Of a DNA stretch of 64,000 nucleotides, positions 57,875 to 64,000 are shown one piece after another. Each line of letters starts with the position of its first letter. Position 1 is the first letter of the stretch. A program made the translations under genes and the position numbers. This stretch comes from Macrostomum lignano (lineage: Eukaryota): contig NIVC01000010.1 of NCBI GenBank assembly GCA_002269645.1, positions 2,170,001 through 2,234,000 on the forward strand, given 5' to 3'. The notes under the pieces were generated by a model. That model saw only the letters and a list, made by a program, of their open reading frames with translations, made no database searches and was not told where the DNA came from.

Positions 57875-60766
57875 TCACTCCTGACCAAGGCGTCGCAACT
57901 TCTCTTCGTATAATTCCTGCAGCCGTCGTTGCAGCCGCTCGCGCTTCGATTCAGCTGACAAGATGGCATCAGCGGCGGCGCGTTTGATCTCCATGAGACC
58001 GCCGCCAGCCATGTAGCGGACTGGCCAGCCGCGCCTGCTGACAGCTGACCTTCTGTAAGCGGGAAAATAGCTCGAAAATTCAATAGTCGCGAAGAGAGCT
58101 CGAAAATTTGAACACTAGGAGAAAAAGAGAGAGAGAGAGAAAGAGTCTATGAAAGAGGTTGCCACTGGTATCCTTCTTTGTGCTGATGTCTGTGTGGCCG
58201 AACTGTCAGCTTGGTTGTCTTTTTACGTCGCCCTTTGATTTCCCATTTACACCCCTTGAAGCATGGGTATAATTACTGTGATTGTGCCATAGACATAGAC
58301 TGAGAGAAAGAACAAAAGACCGGGGGAAAGTCGGGGGGTGCTGGGGGTGTGGGGGCTCACGTTTCAACCATAGACACTTTCATTTGATTAAAACAAAACA
58401 GCAGCCACTGCTATAGAACAGCTCTCGGCCATAGACAATTAGGCCAGTCAAGCTGACACAGACTGCAAGGCTCTGCTCTCTGCTTTAAAGACAATCTAGT
58501 AGAGTATTTCAAACCCATTTATCTTGGCTACAGACCTTCATTTCTACCCTTTATGCTGATTTTGAATTGTATTATTTACTTGATTGACTTTATTGGCTAT
58601 GATCTAAATGAATGCCTATAATGTGGGTTTACTATATGTTAAATATCTCTTTAAGAAGTTGCAACACGCAGGTGAATGCCACTCAGAGAAAATGCTTCTA
58701 AATCTTGTGTGAAATTGATTAGCAATTTAAAAAAAACAGACGTTGTATCTCACAGAAGGCCCTAAGCATCGACCGTGTTTCCATTTCAAGTGACAGCACG
58801 ACAATGGATTTATAGCTATAACCCTACACAACAGCCATTATCTAAATCTTTTTTTCAAATCCAGAGCTTTTATAGCTTTTAAAAGGGACACCAATGTGAG
58901 ACAAGTCAGTTGGTCTTGGAGGCAAGAGACAAACTATCCAGCCAACCAATGCATTTCAATTTCAATAGAGAGAAATCTCTCACAGTCCAACAGCTGGGAG
59001 CTCCAATCAATCACCTAGAAGCTGAAGCGCTAGATCCTGTCAGCTGGAGCAGCTTACTCATTAATAAATAATCCTTTGTCTCTACTGAGTTGCTTGGCTT
59101 GTTGCTTCTGCTGGTCTGTTCTCTCTCTCTATATCGGTTTTTTCCTCTCGACATCACTGTCGTATCGACAGCTGCTGCGTTGGAATCCGGGTGGGCAGTA
59201 AGCCGCTTAAACTCTGCGCAGGCCACTATGGGCTATAATAGTCTGAAGCTGTTCATGCAAAGCTTCAATGGCTACTGCCTCTCAATACTGTCACGCCATC
59301 TACACAGCACGTAAAGCCAGTTTACTCAAAAAAAGTTAAACGACTCAAAAAGAAAACTTTTCAATGTGTTTTTTTGTTATTCGATTGGGGCGGCGGTTTT
59401 ATTGTGGCGAGTGTTCCGCTATTCGCTGTAGGGAAAGCGATTTCCGCAGAATGGGAAAAAAATAAATTTCATGCTGTTTTATGAAGCTGATGCGAGATGA
59501 ATTTCTGTATGTGGAGTGGCATTGTTCTCCTGGCGCCCTGATGCAGAAAGCCATTAATACCTGAGCAGGTCTATAGATGCTTCGTGGGTGGGGCCCCAAG
59601 AATGAAAATAAATGGATTCCCTGATACTTTGCTGGTAACTGCTTCAAGCGATGCAGAAATAGAGAAAAATAAACAGGTATACGGGTAGATAATTAGCGAT
59701 TGAAGGTTCGATTCCTGCGCGGCCACATTCCTTTTTGTGCGAGAGCAAAAAACTCAAACCCCCCGAGACGGTGAGAGAAAGTCTGGGCGGCTGTACATCC
59801 TGTGTAAGCGTGTACCTGCGCGTTCTTGTCTGTGTGCGCAAGCGTGCTCAGGGGTTAGCGGAATGAGCCTGACTGTTAGCTTACCCAAATGCTGCAAACT
59901 TACTAAACACTAAGTCAGGCACTAAGTCAGGCACTAAGTCAGGCACTAAGTCAGGCACTAAGTCAGACACTAAGTCAGACACTAAGTCAGGCACTAAGTC
60001 AGGCACTAAGTCAGGCACTAAGTCAGGCACTAAGTCAGGCACTAAGTCAGGCACTAAGTCAGGCACTAAGTCAGGCACTAAGACAGGCACTAAGACAGGC
60101 ACTAAGACAGACACTTAAGACGGACACGAAGTCACTAAGTCAGACACTAAGTCAGACACTAAGTCAGACACTAAGTCAGTCAGGCACTAAGACAGACACT
60201 AAGTCAGGCACTAAGACAGACACTAAGTCAGGTACTAAGACAGACACTAAGACAGACACTAAGTCAGGCACTAAGACAGACACTAAGTCAGACACTAAGT
60301 CAGACACTAAGTCAGACACTAAGTCAGACACTAAGTCAGACACTAAGTCAGACACTAAGTCAGGCACTAAGTCAGGTACTAAGTCAGGCACTAAGTCAGA
60401 TACCACTACAGCCACAAGACTCTATAGTGTCGAGACCATGATAAAATATCATGGTTAGACTGTCACAACCGCAGTGACTCTGGTAAACCCAATAGACTGT
60501 CATTCATCAAGGTAAGGTTTAACTGATTGATAGATACCAGTAAACAGAAGAGTCAACAAAACAGACCTTCCGTCGGCCTCCTCATGCCCAGATCGTTTGT
60601 CCAGTTCCTCCTGCGATGCAGGCAATGCAGTGACCAGGTCCATCACAGCCAGCACAATAACTGAAATGAAGTTTACCAACTATCATAGGTTCGATTCCTT
60701 TTTTAAATCTATTTTTCGCTACTCACCCAAAGAGCAGAAAACTGGCAGTAGAGCGTACTTCGACAT
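57875..60766 (-). CDS. Secreted neuropeptide/peptide hormone precursor, 103 aa, 3 coding exons (ELH/DH44/CRF-like helical peptide, tentative)
   Basis: Exons 60766-60727 (donor GTGAGT), 60660-60567 (acceptor TTCATTTCAG, donor GTCTGT) and 58052-57875 (acceptor TTTTCCCGCTTACAG); phases 1 and 2 fit. Product: MSKYALLPVFCSLVIVLAVMDLVTA-LPASQEELDKR-SGHEEADGRR-SAVSRR-GWPVRYMAGGGLMEIKRAAADAILSAESKRERLQRRLQELYEEKLRRLGQE. It has a signal peptide and several dibasic sites. Confidence 0.8.
59905..60405. repeat. 12-nt minisatellite in the neuropeptide gene intron
   Basis: Unit GCACTAAGTCAG / ACACTAAGTCAG. Confidence 0.95.
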
Positions 60767-61124
60767 TTTATGCTCGCAAATTTGATGATATTCTTTTAAA
60801 TATTTTTTGATATCTGAATTTGGAAATATCCCGGCAGAGAAGCTACGCGCCAAAGTTGAAGAAGACAAATTTATTAATATTGTTCAAGCAATGAGAAACT
60901 GCCGGTCAAACAGGATGTTGGTGTGCCAATCCAGTCAGCTGCTGATTGGTTCAGGAGGGAGAGCGGCGCTTCTGACGTGTCCTTGTCCAATGTGCTGATG
61001 GTGAAGCACTCGTCCTGGTCCCTATAGTTATCCAAGTCATGTAACACTCTTCTGTAGAATGCTTGCTGAGCTGCATCAAAGCCTACCTAACATGTAACAT
61101 TCCAATATACATCGGGACATACTT

Positions 61125-61745
61125 ATCTAACAGGTGACACCCATATCTAACAGATAACACACTTATCTAACAAGTTTTACCCATATCTAGCAGGTCACGA
61201 CTTTATCTAACAAGTGACACCCTTATCTAACAGGTAACAAATTTATTTAACAGATAACACCCTTATCTAACAGGTGGCGCCCTTATATTTTTTTGTTATA
61301 CCCATATCTAACAGGTGAAGACTTTATCTAACAGATGATGCCTTTAACTAACAGATGACCTTCTCCATCTAACAGGTGACACCCTTATCTAGCAGATAAC
61401 ATCTTTATCTAACAGGTGACAGCAATATAAAACAGGTGGCAGCAATATCTAACAGGTGACGCCCTTATCTAACAAGCTCTACCCATATCTATCAGGTAAC
61501 AACTTTATCAAACAGGTAAAGACTTTGTCTAACAAATTAGGAGGACAAATGGGACACCCTTATCTAACAATTGATAACCTTATCTAACAGGTTATATTCA
61601 CATCTAAAAGGTAACAACATTATCTAGCAGGTGATGACTTTACCTAAAAGATGACCTTCTCATCTAACAGGTAACGCTCATATCTAACAGTTATTCTCAT
61701 ATCTAACAGGTTATACCTATACTGTACAGGTGGCGCTCTTATCTA
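61125..61745. repeat. Degenerate about 20-21-nt tandem repeat
   Basis: Recurrent CCTTATCTAACAGGTGAC-like units. Confidence 0.8.
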
Positions 61746-62289
61746 ACTATCTTTGCTTATGATGAAAGTATCTATTCTCGGTAGAATTATATAATAAAGC
61801 TTTTAGAAAGTAATGCTCAGCACATTTTCATTTATGAGCTGCATTGAGAACTGTTGCGCGATCGTAAAGTTAATCCTTAGCTGCTAATTAAACGAAGGAA
61901 ATTAAATGCTGATTACAAAAGCCCTTAGTTCCCATAAATGCACCGTAATCTTGAGGGACAATCGTATGCGTCTTACGAGAGTGCAAGCAAGACAAAGTTT
62001 CATGATGACGAACTTTAAGATCCTGATTAGAAATATGAGTATCTATTTTGTAATTATATTAAGAAATCAAAGCCATAAACTTTTCACAAAACTTATTTAT
62101 CCATGCGTACGCAATGGGGGACAGGGGCGGACCCCTCCCCATAAGGTCTTCACAAAAGTAAGTTGCACTCCTCAAAAAAACTAAATGAAAAGGGCAAAAA
62201 ACATTTATAAATGACAGAAAAGCTTAACTTTTGTCACCCCTTGGACTCGGCATCTACCGACCTACGAGGCTGGAAAATTAGCGCCCACC

Positions 62290-62728
62290 AAAAGACAGGG
62301 GCGTCCATAAAGAGACAGGGGTGCCCATAAAGAGACAGGGTACCCATAAAGAGACAGGGGCGCCCATAAAGAGACAGGGTACCCATAAAGAGACAGGGGC
62401 GCTCACCAAGAGACAGAAGCGCCCATAAAAAGACAGGGGTACCCATAAAGAGACAGAGTACCCATAAAGAGACAGGGTACCCATAAAGAGACAGGTACCC
62501 ATAAAGAGACAGGGTACCCATAAAGAGACAGGGTACCCATAAAGAGACAGGGTACCCATAAAGAGACAGGGTACCCATAAAGAGACAGGGGTACCCATAA
62601 AGAGACAGGGGTACCCATAAAGAGACAGGGTACCCATAAAGAGACAGGGTACCCATAAAGAGACAGGGTACCCATAAAGAGACAGGGGTACGCATAAAGA
62701 GACAGGGGTACGCATAAAGAGACAGGGT
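62290..62728. repeat. 17-18-nt minisatellite abutting the retrotransposon
   Basis: Unit GTACCCATAAAGAGACAGG(G). Confidence 0.95.
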
Positions 62729-62730
62729 AG

Positions 62731-64000
<1,270 letters not shown>

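Noticed and set aside
57772-58083. 103-aa minus-strand ORF MNFRAIF...
   Set aside because: It is the wrong frame over neuropeptide exon 3. The spliced frame gives a coherent precursor.

Overview
This is eukaryotic (invertebrate animal) genomic DNA: AT-rich, with GT-AG introns and heavily loaded with minisatellites, MITEs and SINEs. A lophotrochozoan such as a free-living flatworm is a guess only. I could reconstruct five protein genes by hand. (1) A two-exon class I eIF4E on the minus strand. (2) An unrecognised 92-aa two-TM protein with a C-terminal KxKxx ER-retrieval motif, on the plus strand and split across a 2.9-kb intron. (3) A NAP1 histone chaperone on the minus strand with at least 8 coding exons over about 21 kb, including 21- and 23-nt micro-exons. 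(4) An intronless-CDS kainate-type ionotropic glutamate receptor nested on the SAME strand inside NAP1 intron 6. (5) A three-exon, 103-aa secreted neuropeptide-like precursor on the minus strand that the ORF track misses, with a helical peptide resembling the ELH/DH44/CRF family. An 11-kb array of about 17 copies of a 661-bp unit occupies 43.5-54.7 kb and is flanked by imperfect inverted repeats. The window ends inside a LOA/R1-group non-LTR retrotransposon whose ORF1 and ORF2 overlap at a TAATG stop-start. Most long ORFs in the supplied track are artefacts of tandem repeats. All family assignments come from motif recognition, not database searches.
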